Shown here piece by piece: positions 36,757 to 45,403 of a stretch of DNA of 64,000 nt. Under the pieces are notes generated by a model. That model was not told the DNA's origin and ran no database searches. It worked only from the letters and a program-made list of their open reading frames with translations. Each line of letters starts with the position of its first letter. Within the stretch, counting starts at the first letter, position 1. A program made the position numbers and the translations under genes. The stretch comes from a virus: the IMG/VR virus record IMGVR_UViG_3300033144_005525, positions 127,127 to 191,126 of that record; one strand, 5' to 3'.

Positions 36757-37610
36757 TGGAGTTCACTGTTCTAGGTTTCATGGGTGAGTCAGGTTCTGGT
36801 AAGGACTTCTGCGCCAGTTGGGTAGCTAACAACAAGAACTTCGCACGCATCTCGTTCGCTGACCCCATCAAGAGGTTCTGTCGAACTGTCTTCAACTTCC
36901 ACTGCGAGAACCTGTGGGGGGATCCGAAGTACAGGAACCTGGATATTGTCCCGGCCAATCGGGGCATGGCCGCAAGCAGTGAGCTCCTCTCCATCTACTG
37001 GGACAGAGCCCTCGAGAACCTGACACTGGGAGTCCATGCTTGGGTGCATAACCTTGCACTCACTTCAACCGAACAGACTGAGTACGTCAAAGTTGTTGGT
37101 CGTTGGTTCGATGAGTGTCGGGACCGCACCAACGACGGGCTGATCTCTGCACGACTGGCTCTGCAGCTTCTGGGCACAGAGTACGGAAGGAACTTCAAGC
37201 CGACTCTGTGGACCGACTACTTGTACGGCCAGGTTGTCCCCAATATTCGTGCAGGTAAGATCTACACGAAGGAGGCCGGGTTCGTTGACGGTTGGTACGG
37301 AGGGTCTGCTGGAGTCGTCGTCACGGACCACCGCTTCCTGAATGAGGTACATGAGACCCAGAGTAGGGGCGGTTATGTCATCGATATCATCCGACTGTCT
37401 CGGGTGGGGAAGAAGAACAAGGCAGAAGAAGCTGGGATAGCTGGGCACGCCAGTGAGGCAGAGCAGCGATCGATTCCAGAGGATGCCTTCGACCTGGTTC
37501 TTCGGATGGAGGACGGAGCAGAGAACGTTTACCCCCGACTAGAGAAGATGTTTCAGGAGGAGGAATGGATCCGAAAACCGACCCCTATAACCGACCGCCC
37601 GACTCCCTGA
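36756..37610 (+). CDS. Deoxynucleoside monophosphate kinase
   Basis: GESGSGKD, SFADPIK, RLALQLLGTE, VVTDHRFLNE, HASE. Confidence 0.88.
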   Translation: MEFTVLGFMGESGSGKDFCASWVANNKNFARISFADPIKRFCRTVFNFHCENLWGDPKYRNLDIVPANRGMAASSELLSIYWDRALENLTLGVHAWVHNLALTSTEQTEYVKVVGRWFDECRDRTNDGLISARLALQLLGTEYGRNFKPTLWTDYLYGQVVPNIRAGKIYTKEAGFVDGWYGGSAGVVVTDHRFLNEVHETQSRGGYVIDIIRLSRVGKKNKAEEAGIAGHASEAEQRSIPEDAFDLVLRMEDGAENVYPRLEKMFQEEEWIRKPTPITDRPTP

Positions 37611-38068
37611 GGATCGTAGTCCCCTTCATTCCTCCGTCCTCGAACAAGATCTACGTGATCGATTGGAGGAGGAAGAGGAGGTTCCGCAGTGAAGAGGCCA
37701 ACGCTTTCATCAACAGATTCATGCAGGAGGTGGTCCCAAACTACCTCCCCTGGATCTCTCAGATGCTCGGTCCTGAGCAAGATCCCACAGTCATCTACAC
37801 AATCTCTTCGAATTTCTACTTCACGAAGTGGGCTGTGTTGAACAAGAGCTGGGGCGCAGCGAAAAACCCTGCGAAGACCCGCTATAAGAAGATGGACACT
37901 GGGAATCGGTTTAAGTTGATGCACGACTGTGTGTCACGAGCCCTAGCTATCGACGACAGTCATTTCTTTGGCGTCGGGGGTAATAAGCTAGTGGCAGAGG
38001 CCTTCGGTCTCACTCCCCAGGTCCACATCTTTTTGACTAGGCAGCGTCCAGCTGATCTAGGCGTGTAG
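37565..38068 (+). CDS. RusA-like endodeoxyribonuclease
   Basis: PPSSN near the N-terminus; DTGNRFKLMHD...IDDS matches the RusA D-x-x-N..K...D...DD pattern. GGAGG RBS. Confidence 0.7.
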   Translation: MDPKTDPYNRPPDSLRIVVPFIPPSSNKIYVIDWRRKRRFRSEEANAFINRFMQEVVPNYLPWISQMLGPEQDPTVIYTISSNFYFTKWAVLNKSWGAAKNPAKTRYKKMDTGNRFKLMHDCVSRALAIDDSHFFGVGGNKLVAEAFGLTPQVHIFLTRQRPADLGV

Positions 38069-38078
38069 TGGGAGACCT

Positions 38079-38447
38079 ATGGCCACAGGACTGAGCGTAA
38101 CGTGCCACGCGTGGGCACCTAAGAAGAAGGACAGACCTCACCAAACATCTCGTGTTAACTGCATCGCAGAATCGTACGATTACTGTCCTCGGTGTCCGAA
38201 CTCTCAATTCGTTTTGCGTTTACCTATTAGCATCGGAGACCAAGGAGTACTGTGCCCGAGGTGGGATCCCTCGAAAGGGTACTTGAAGGGAGGATCTCCC
38301 ACCTCATACGTACGGATGCGTAGAGAGTCTTGCCTCCGTATACGTCCCTTCGATTTCTGTTTGGAATGTCCTAATGCTTCTCCATCCAACGAGGCTAGGA
38401 CTAAGGAAGGGTGGTACTCATCAGAACGGAAAGTGCGTCGTGGCTGA
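38079..38447 (+). CDS. Cys-rich hypothetical protein with duplicated C-x6/7-C-x2-CPN motif
   Basis: CIAESYDYCPRCPN and CLRIRPFDFCLECPN. Confidence 0.65.
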   Translation: MATGLSVTCHAWAPKKKDRPHQTSRVNCIAESYDYCPRCPNSQFVLRLPISIGDQGVLCPRWDPSKGYLKGGSPTSYVRMRRESCLRIRPFDFCLECPNASPSNEARTKEGWYSSERKVRRG

Positions 38448-38775
38448 ATCGATCACACCGCTGGAGTACTTGAATAAGACGGAGCTGTTACAGATCCTCA
38501 GTAATGCAGGGCATGGGAACCTACGACTCAGTGCTCGAGTGCCACAGGAACGACTCATCACCTTAATCCGTACCGGCAATCCACCAAGACCTGATGAGCT
38601 GGCTGGGACCACAGAGACTCGTAAGAAATTGCAGGTGTGGGTGGCAGGTAACTGGGGAAGTATCGGGTCCCAGCTCCCATGTTCTGGCACCAACAAGGGC
38701 AGATGTACGGTATATCCCTGCTCCGAGGGAAGGCATCTGGAGTGCTACCTATCTGCTAAGGAGCACCTACTGTGA
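38440..38775 (+). CDS. Hypothetical protein (helical N-terminus, C-terminal C/H cluster)
   Basis: GTG at 38440 overlaps the previous stop. LNKTELLQIL; C...C...C...H..C. Confidence 0.65.
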   Translation: MAESITPLEYLNKTELLQILSNAGHGNLRLSARVPQERLITLIRTGNPPRPDELAGTTETRKKLQVWVAGNWGSIGSQLPCSGTNKGRCTVYPCSEGRHLECYLSAKEHLL

Positions 38776-38975
38776 GCGCTACATACCAATGCTTGAATTG
38801 CAAAACACTGGGCAGATGTAAGACCGCGGATGAGGAGAAGATACGGTCGGCCTACTGCTGCGAGAGGTGGGAGCCGGCTGTTGATGAGACTGTCCACGCC
38901 AGAAACAAAGTGATCGAACAGTTCGGAAACCAAGGTCTTCTCACCACACTGAAGACCGAGATCAAGGAGGAATAA
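38772..38975 (+). CDS. Small Cys-rich protein
   Basis: CLNC...C...CC. GTGA and TAATG coupling on the two sides. Confidence 0.65.
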   Translation: MSATYQCLNCKTLGRCKTADEEKIRSAYCCERWEPAVDETVHARNKVIEQFGNQGLLTTLKTEIKEE

Positions 38976-40174
38976 TGGGAAGGCCACAAGAACTGCCTCT
39001 GCTCAACATGGTGGATACGGCCGGGGGAATATTCACTCGACTCTCTATGGAAGAGCAGATTCGGGAGAAGCTGGCTACCGTACATGAACGTAGGCTGAAG
39101 GCCATCGAGCTGGGACTACCAACCAAGGTTGCCTACGACATGGCAGCCATTACAGTCATCCATTGGATCCTCGACCAGATGGTAGGGATAGGGGAAGTCC
39201 AAGGGGACGTCATCGGAGTTAGCTCCGAGCTCGGAGTCGACCACAACCCAGACACCAAGAGCCAGTTCACACAAAGGCTGGCTCTATTCATCGAGAGCGG
39301 ACAGGCGACAACACCACTAGCAGGAGAAGGTATCGATATGAACAAGCTCAACGTTCCACCCCCGCCCGGCATGGCTCCTCCCAACGGACAGCAGGCCCAG
39401 GCACCTCAGCAATTCAGCCCTCCGGCTCCTCCGCAGATGCCTCAGGCTCCCGGCATGGTTCCTGGCATGGCTCCTCCTGGAGTACCCATGGCAGCACCTC
39501 CGATGGCACCTCAAGCCCAAGCACCGGCGCCTCCGATGGCACCCCCGATGGCACCCCCGATGGCACCTCCCGCGGCCGCTGCGGCTCCGGTCCCTCAGAT
39601 GCCGATGGCTCCGATGGCAGCTCCTCAAATGCCGATGGCGCCGATGGCTCCGGCCCCTGTCGCACCTGCAGTTGCACCTGCAGTCGCGCCAGCTCCTGGT
39701 GGGGCCCCCATGAAGGCAGATCCCACCCGAGAGTGGAACAAGGCCCCCGCTGGCAAGAAGCGTCGTACGAAGGACCAGATCAAGGAAGACGACGTCTACA
39801 ACACCTGGGCAGCCACACAGGGCCAGGCTGCTGGAGGAGTTGCTCCCCAACCGCAGGCTCCCCAAGCTCCTCAAGCTCCTCAGGCGCCCGCAATGGCTCC
39901 TCCCGCCCCGGCGATGGCTCCACAAGCTCCCATGGCTCCACAGGCTCCCCCAGCCCCTGCCATGATGGCTCCCGCTCCGACACTCTCCGCTCCTGCTCCG
40001 CAGGCAGCCACCGTCGGTCTCGAGGAGCTCAGCGCCAAGTACAACCACATCCAGCGCCAGATCACCCTCATCGACATGTCCATGGCGGTGCTCCTGCGGT
40101 GGTCGCAGCAGAAGCCGGGAACTCCCACCTGTGAGTCCATCCTGATGGAGCTCGGGATCCCACTCCCTCAGTAG
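38975..40174 (+). CDS. Protein with long Pro/Ala/Met/Gln low-complexity regions and a basic KKRRTK..I motif
   Basis: AAGGAGG RBS; PPMA, PQA and PMA repeats. Confidence 0.8.
   Translation: MGRPQELPLLNMVDTAGGIFTRLSMEEQIREKLATVHERRLKAIELGLPTKVAYDMAAITVIHWILDQMVGIGEVQGDVIGVSSELGVDHNPDTKSQFTQRLALFIESGQATTPLAGEGIDMNKLNVPPPPGMAPPNGQQAQAPQQFSPPAPPQMPQAPGMVPGMAPPGVPMAAPPMAPQAQAPAPPMAPPMAPPMAPPAAAAAPVPQMPMAPMAAPQMPMAPMAPAPVAPAVAPAVAPAPGGAPMKADPTREWNKAPAGKKRRTKDQIKEDDVYNTWAATQGQAAGGVAPQPQAPQAPQAPQAPAMAPPAPAMAPQAPMAPQAPPAPAMMAPAPTLSAPAPQAATVGLEELSAKYNHIQRQITLIDMSMAVLLRWSQQKPGTPTCESILMELGIPLPQ
39533..39570 (+). repeat. 12-bp coding tandem repeat (CCGATGGCACCC, about 3 copies) encoding PMAP
   Basis: Read directly from the sequence. 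Confidence 0.8.
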
Positions 40175-40195
40175 CGGTCTCGACCAACAACTCCT

Positions 40196-40243
40196 CAGAG
40201 CCGGGGCGGGATGCGGAACCTACCCGTCCTGCCCCGGTACTCT
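40196..40243 (+). other. GC-rich stem-loop downstream of the low-complexity gene
   Basis: CCGGGGCGGGA pairs with TCCTGCCCCGG. No poly-T tract follows. Confidence 0.6.
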
Positions 40244-40335
40244 CGGCGGACCATGTCGAGAGTAGGCCGAGGCCGTACACAACGGGGCCAGACAAGAGTC
40301 AAATCGTAGAGGTCACCTCTGGTGAGCTGCGATTG

Positions 40336-40473
40336 ATGACTGAGGACCAGCTCCGGTGGACGTGCGACCAAGTAGGGATTGCTGCCAAGCCCAATTGGCA
40401 ACGCAGCAAACTACTGACTGAGATCCTTCGAGCCTCTGTCAGTGCAGAGAACTACCACCATCGAATCCGTTAG
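40336..40473 (+). CDS. Unannotated small ORF (45 aa; frame open from 40135) with HeH/Rho-N-like pattern
   Basis: MTEDQLRWTCDQVGIAAKPNWQRSKLLTEIL. Its TAG overlaps the TAA of the convergent gene. Confidence 0.5.
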   Translation: MTEDQLRWTCDQVGIAAKPNWQRSKLLTEILRASVSAENYHHRIR

Positions 40474-41069
40474 ATCTTACCGACTATCATCCCAGCTCCA
40501 GTACCCATCAAAGCTTCTGGGATAATGGATGCGTACGTACTGAACGAGTCCTTCAAGTTCTTCCGGTACTTCTCTACTTCTTTCTTCGAAGCACCTACTA
40601 GCTTGAGTTTCTTGCCTCCCTTACGGGTGGCTAGCCACTCAGACAACAGGGTGGGGGCTGCTGTTGCAACTGGTAGCAACAGCCCCCATTTTTTGCCCCT
40701 TGCTGCCAGTACTCCACCCAGGATGGCAGCCTTCCCTGTTTGCTCGAAGGCGTAGCGTCCTGTGGGGTGCTGAAGTAGACGACCTAAGAACTTCTTGTCC
40801 ATCTCTGCATGGCCAAGCTCGTGTGCGAGAGACTCATAGTCCTTGCGAGTGAGCCCGATCATTTTAGCTTGCTGATCGAAGTAGGCTCCTCCATGTGCTT
40901 CTGCAGCCCTGTCGATCTTGATCTTGACCTTGGGCTCAGCCGCTCGAAGTTTGTTCCACAGCTCTACATCTCGCTTGATCTCCTTGAGCTCAGCCTTGAG
41001 TGACGGCTGCTTGGCTGCAATCTTGGAGATTTCAGAGATGAAAGAAGCTATGGCGACTTCGGGGAGCAT
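40470..41069 (-). CDS. Zincin-like metallopeptidase with hydrophobic helices and F-x-x-E-I-x-K-I-A leader
   Basis: AHELGHA (HExxH) with downstream LLSEWLAT; SFISEISKIAA leader. Confidence 0.75.
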   Translation of the reverse strand: MLPEVAIASFISEISKIAAKQPSLKAELKEIKRDVELWNKLRAAEPKVKIKIDRAAEAHGGAYFDQQAKMIGLTRKDYESLAHELGHAEMDKKFLGRLLQHPTGRYAFEQTGKAAILGGVLAARGKKWGLLLPVATAAPTLLSEWLATRKGGKKLKLVGASKKEVEKYRKNLKDSFSTYASIIPEALMGTGAGMIVGKI

Positions 41070-41254
41070 CAGTCTTCTTGTATCAGACCCATGGAGATGG
41101 CTACGGTCTTGAGCAGTTCGTCTTTGTCGGAAGTCTTGAGCTGATTGAACTTCTTGCTCTTCATGACTCCGTGCCTACTTCTCTTGTCCCTCTTCTTCAG
41201 ACTCCTGGTGCTCCAGTCTGCAGGTAAGTCTTGCTTAGTCGTAGCAAATCTCAC
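41069..41254 (-). CDS. Small basic hypothetical protein
   Basis: Coupled overlaps on both sides. Confidence 0.6.
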   Translation of the reverse strand: MRFATTKQDLPADWSTRSLKKRDKRSRHGVMKSKKFNQLKTSDKDELLKTVAISMGLIQED

Positions 41255-41658
41255 GCTTCACCCCCAACAGGTGCTTTGGAGATAGGCGTACGTACTGTCT
41301 GAAACACTCGGACCTCTCCCTCGTCCAAAGATTTGACGTTCTTTGGAAGCTCTGCCTCGAAGATTCCGTACAGAGGTTTCATATTTGGATCTCTCCAGTC
41401 GTAGTTACTCTCTCCCTCTTCGATTGAGAACATCAGTACGTGGACTTCTCCCGAACTTAGATCGAGGTACAAGGAGCCGTCTATAAACTGACGCTTGCTC
41501 ACTGGTACTACTGTGTACTCTTCATCATCCGTGAGTAGGTAGTCTTGCCCATCTACTCGGAACGATCCTTTTCGAACAACAATCCGTAGACCAGCGATAT
41601 CTACCTGCAATCCTATTAGGGAGTTCCCAGAAGTCTGCTCCTTTACTTGGACTGGCAT
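41251..41658 (-). CDS. Hypothetical protein (possible tail-fibre-associated)
   Basis: ATG at 41658 overlaps the TGA of the upstream fibre gene. Confidence 0.65.
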   Translation of the reverse strand: MPVQVKEQTSGNSLIGLQVDIAGLRIVVRKGSFRVDGQDYLLTDDEEYTVVPVSKRQFIDGSLYLDLSSGEVHVLMFSIEEGESNYDWRDPNMKPLYGIFEAELPKNVKSLDEGEVRVFQTVRTPISKAPVGGEA

Positions 41659-44600
41659 CAGTTCTGCTCCCCAATTACGATCACCCAAATACATTGAGTG
41701 GCTCCCGCTCCATCCAGAGTTATGTCGGCTCCTGCACTGTCCTTTGCAGTGAGATCAAATCGAGATGACAGTTGAGCAGATGGATCTGCTTGTAGGCTCA
41801 TGAAAACAGGAGCTTGTCCTCCCATAGCTATGATCGCATAGTCAGCGCTGTTCATATCAGCAGCTAAGGTGACTCGTAGATCATCTCCAGAGTAAGCTAC
41901 AGACGTTATGTTCAACGCCTCGGCTAGGTTTGGGGTAGTGGCTGGCAAAAAGACCTTAGCCCAAGCCTTTATGATGCCTTTGCCATACAGCCTATTAGTG
42001 ACCGAAGTACCGCTCCCTGGATTAGTAGCGGTTCCAGCATCTAGATCTAGGAATCCTGTTGCGAAGTTCAGTTGGTTTGAGTTGGCGGCAAGGTAGATAT
42101 CACTCTGAAAATCGAGGATGGACTCAGTGGTCCACTTGTCTGCTGCGCCTGACACACCATCCAACCAAGGACTGGTATCAGAAACCAGCTTGAACCAGAA
42201 GGTAAGTCTCCCCCGCACGAACTCGAACTTGCTGGAGTTCACACCAGCGTCTTCTCGGAACCATTTATAGGTCCCTGCGTCATCTCTCCACTCTGCGTTG
42301 TATGTCAGCTCGAAGAACTCAGCGTCGAGAGTGCCACCTCTATCGATGTAGATGCGCCACTTGGCATCGACGTCCCCCATCTCCATTATCAGGGTCTTCG
42401 CGCCTGCTCCTCGAGCACTAGGAGCTGTCGGTACTACAAATCTGGGACCGGATGCAGAGGACAGGCTACCTAGTAGGGCCGATCCTATTGTCAGTAGTCC
42501 TGTGATATCGGCGCTGCCTGTGAGATCGAACGATCCTGTCTGGTCGACGTTACCGACCATCGTCATCAGGAACGTAGATAGATCGAACAGAACGTTGTCG
42601 CCACTCCAGGCAGAATCTATCCAAGGACTGGCAGATGGTATGTGGTACTGGAGATTGAAATTGGTGAGGGTCAGGGAAAGCTTGGTGGCATTCTTCGCTT
42701 GATCATCTGCAGCCCAGTCGGAACCTCTCCACCGAGCATTGATGGTTAGTTCGAAGCCTTCCGTCGATCGATAGAGACGGGTGTAGATGAACGGCCACCC
42801 AGGAGATGCCGAGACAGCATTCTGCGCCGACCACATCAATTGTCGGTCGGAGGGAACACCTGTGGATCGAAGAGCTGCCTTAGGGTCTGCGTTATTGAGA
42901 CCTACGTCGAGCGTTACATCATCGAACGTCTGGTCTTCAGTGACTGTGTTTGCTCGGTCTAGTTTGAGCCAGTCGGTAGCGAGCTCGTTCAGCTGTGCCC
43001 TGAGGTTACCTGCAGCCAAATCTGCAGTAGCCAACGCACTGATCTTGGCGACTCCATCGATCCCAGCTCCCGCCAGGTCAATGAGCATCTTGTCCAGCTG
43101 ACCTTCGATGGTAGTTGCTGGGTTGTCCGTGGGACCTACAGGAGTATCCCCTGCTGTGTCTGCCCAATCATCACCACCGCCGTAGGACAGTGCTCCTACG
43201 GATACATTGTTGATGTGGACTAGCAACTCGGCGAGCTGGTCTTCAACACTCCCCAAGGTCAGGGAATCTGGTGAGCCAGCTACTGCTGGGGCATCTACCT
43301 GATCTGCATCGTGACGCAGTCCGGAAGTGCCGTTGATGATGTGGTTCCAGATCTCCGTTAGGACTCCACCTTGGTTCGGGGACAAGCTACGGACCAAGTC
43401 ACCGAGACCTAGATCTCTCATGCGGGCAGCAGAAATGCACCGCACAACCACTGCACCTGCAGGTACCCAAGAAGGTACTTCGAAGGCTACGCCGTCCTTG
43501 GCGGAGAAGTAGTCCCCTACGACGATCCTGACTGTCCCGTAGGTAGTTCCTCCTGGGAGGTTGTTGTTCAGAGCTCGAGGCTTATCAGAAGAGATGAAGG
43601 TCCCTTCGAATTCGCTCTTGGCTCGGACGGTTATGACCTCCTCGGACAGGACATCCACAACGATGTACTCACCATTGTGGTTGAAGGGGGTGTTGTTGTC
43701 GGCCGCCTCGACGATTGCAGTATCTCCAGGCTGCGCTCCATTCGTCTGGAACAATGCACCTGTAGCTACGATGAGGTCTCCTCGAATGGAGGTGACTGTT
43801 ACTGCAGCCTGCTTGTCCTTATCGGAGACAGTGGGGCCGAAGATCGACTTGCCATCGGGAGTTCCCCAGGCAGCAAAGCTGGAGGCGTTGTCTAGGGCAG
43901 GGCTACCTGTGCCGGCTGCCTCGAAGTAGACATCCAGTACTCTGCCGTGCCTCTCCGTAGCTTCGTCGAGCTTGATCAGTGGAGAGTCATTGGCATCGAC
44001 TATCTGAACCACTGAGTCCAGCTCGTTGGCGGCTGGGGTGGTGGCAGTGACTCCGTACCCGTTGATGGGTATGCGGAGATCCGCATCCACCACGTAGACG
44101 ACTTTCTTTCCGCTCCCTGCATGAACTACGACAGAGCCAGCGAACTCTTTGGCAGTGGGTACCAAAACGTCCAGGGACTTGAGGACCCGTGTCGTCTCCA
44201 ACAGAGACCCAGCGAGAGCTCGGTTCAAGGAGCTCGACTTGAGGTCTTCGTCTCCGGAGATCAGGGAGGTGCCCTGTGGATTGTCTTGACCCTGCTGAAC
44301 TCCTGAAGGAGATGTGGCGATCTCTCCAGCAAAGCTCTTGGACCCGGGCTCTGGGCTGAGTGTGAAGCCGAGCAAGGCTGCAGCCGACCCGCTGAGTATC
44401 TCGAGGGTGTTCTTGTTACCTCCATTGAGGTTGCGGAGTACAACGTACCCGTTCTCTTCGAACCCCTCTAGGTTGGCTCCACTTACCGCATTGATCTCTG
44501 CGAGGGCTACATCGAGGTCATCGGACGTGAAGTTGATGACCAAGTTCCCTACGGGAGTTACATCGACCGTAAGGGATGTGCCAGACAGACCTGTGAAGTG

Positions 44601-44729
44601 TGGCTCTGCGTTGGTTCCGTCTGGGTCCGCACGACGTATCGACCCACGGATAGCAGGGTTCGCATTCCTGAGTAGGCTCGTGTTACCCAGGACGTGTTCG
44701 AAGCTGTACTTTGATTCTCCGGACGACAT
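41658..44729 (-). CDS. Putative tail fibre / baseplate-attached protein
   Basis: 1023 aa, rich in G/S/T/D/A, with internal duplication FELT.NA.W and a C-terminal KAWAKV...NITSV module typical of fibre tips. Confidence 0.65.
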   Translation of the reverse strand: MSSGESKYSFEHVLGNTSLLRNANPAIRGSIRRADPDGTNAEPHFTGLSGTSLTVDVTPVGNLVINFTSDDLDVALAEINAVSGANLEGFEENGYVVLRNLNGGNKNTLEILSGSAAALLGFTLSPEPGSKSFAGEIATSPSGVQQGQDNPQGTSLISGDEDLKSSSLNRALAGSLLETTRVLKSLDVLVPTAKEFAGSVVVHAGSGKKVVYVVDADLRIPINGYGVTATTPAANELDSVVQIVDANDSPLIKLDEATERHGRVLDVYFEAAGTGSPALDNASSFAAWGTPDGKSIFGPTVSDKDKQAAVTVTSIRGDLIVATGALFQTNGAQPGDTAIVEAADNNTPFNHNGEYIVVDVLSEEVITVRAKSEFEGTFISSDKPRALNNNLPGGTTYGTVRIVVGDYFSAKDGVAFEVPSWVPAGAVVVRCISAARMRDLGLGDLVRSLSPNQGGVLTEIWNHIINGTSGLRHDADQVDAPAVAGSPDSLTLGSVEDQLAELLVHINNVSVGALSYGGGDDWADTAGDTPVGPTDNPATTIEGQLDKMLIDLAGAGIDGVAKISALATADLAAGNLRAQLNELATDWLKLDRANTVTEDQTFDDVTLDVGLNNADPKAALRSTGVPSDRQLMWSAQNAVSASPGWPFIYTRLYRSTEGFELTINARWRGSDWAADDQAKNATKLSLTLTNFNLQYHIPSASPWIDSAWSGDNVLFDLSTFLMTMVGNVDQTGSFDLTGSADITGLLTIGSALLGSLSSASGPRFVVPTAPSARGAGAKTLIMEMGDVDAKWRIYIDRGGTLDAEFFELTYNAEWRDDAGTYKWFREDAGVNSSKFEFVRGRLTFWFKLVSDTSPWLDGVSGAADKWTTESILDFQSDIYLAANSNQLNFATGFLDLDAGTATNPGSGTSVTNRLYGKGIIKAWAKVFLPATTPNLAEALNITSVAYSGDDLRVTLAADMNSADYAIIAMGGQAPVFMSLQADPSAQLSSRFDLTAKDSAGADITLDGAGATQCIWVIVIGEQN

Positions 44730-45403
44730 TAGAACCTAATCTCCCAAGACACCTCGAGCACGAAGTTCTGGGTCTTGCTCAGTGGTTCAAAGATCTTATA
44801 GGCATTGGGAGATTGGAGTAGAGCATTGATCATTCCAATGTCCCTCGTCTCCGGATCGAAATCTGTCCCGGGATCCCCATCCGTGAACAGACCCGCCTCT
44901 GTAAGGATGACTGTTCCCCCAGTCGACAGTTCTGTTTCCGAGAACACTCGGGTGTATCGAACAGTGGTCCTGGATGGAGACAAGGGGAATGTCGGGAGAG
45001 ACATCTGCGACAGGAAGTCTCCACTGGCGTTGTAAGCCAGCGGGGTTACCAAGGAGATAACTGAAGAGACTTCCGGCTGACTACCTGTGCCGAACCCTAT
45101 GTATCTGATCCGATCCCTACGCTCCCCCACAGAGGGAGGGCCATACGATCGGTAGCTCATGATCTGAGCTGAGTATTCCCTACCTGTCAGGGTCCAGATG
45201 TTGTGACCCAACCTGTGGGATCCTGGAACGATCTTCCCTCGTTCCCGAGCGTACATGGAGAAGAATCCCTGAGCAGAGATGATGTCAACGGACTCGTTGA
45301 ACTCAGCAACGCACTCGTCGATCTTCTCTTTGGAAGAACCATCCCGGACCAACATCCGGAGACGGTCATCTACGCTCACAGAATCACTGCCACGTACTCT
45401 CAT
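44729..45403 (-). CDS. Putative baseplate/tail-fibre attachment protein
   Basis: HNIWT..GRE, IGFGTG, LTEAGLF, WEIRF resemble fibre-collar N-terminal domains. Confidence 0.6.
   Translation of the reverse strand: MRVRGSDSVSVDDRLRMLVRDGSSKEKIDECVAEFNESVDIISAQGFFSMYARERGKIVPGSHRLGHNIWTLTGREYSAQIMSYRSYGPPSVGERRDRIRYIGFGTGSQPEVSSVISLVTPLAYNASGDFLSQMSLPTFPLSPSRTTVRYTRVFSETELSTGGTVILTEAGLFTDGDPGTDFDPETRDIGMINALLQSPNAYKIFEPLSKTQNFVLEVSWEIRF

Noticed and set aside
36756-36810. GKD Walker A in the dNMP kinase as an anomaly
   Set aside because: GSGKD is normal for phage dNMP kinases, unlike in RecA.
40175-40469. tRNA or structured ncRNA in the gap
   Set aside because: No cloverleaf or T-loop consensus found, and the gap is better explained by a hairpin plus a hidden ORF.
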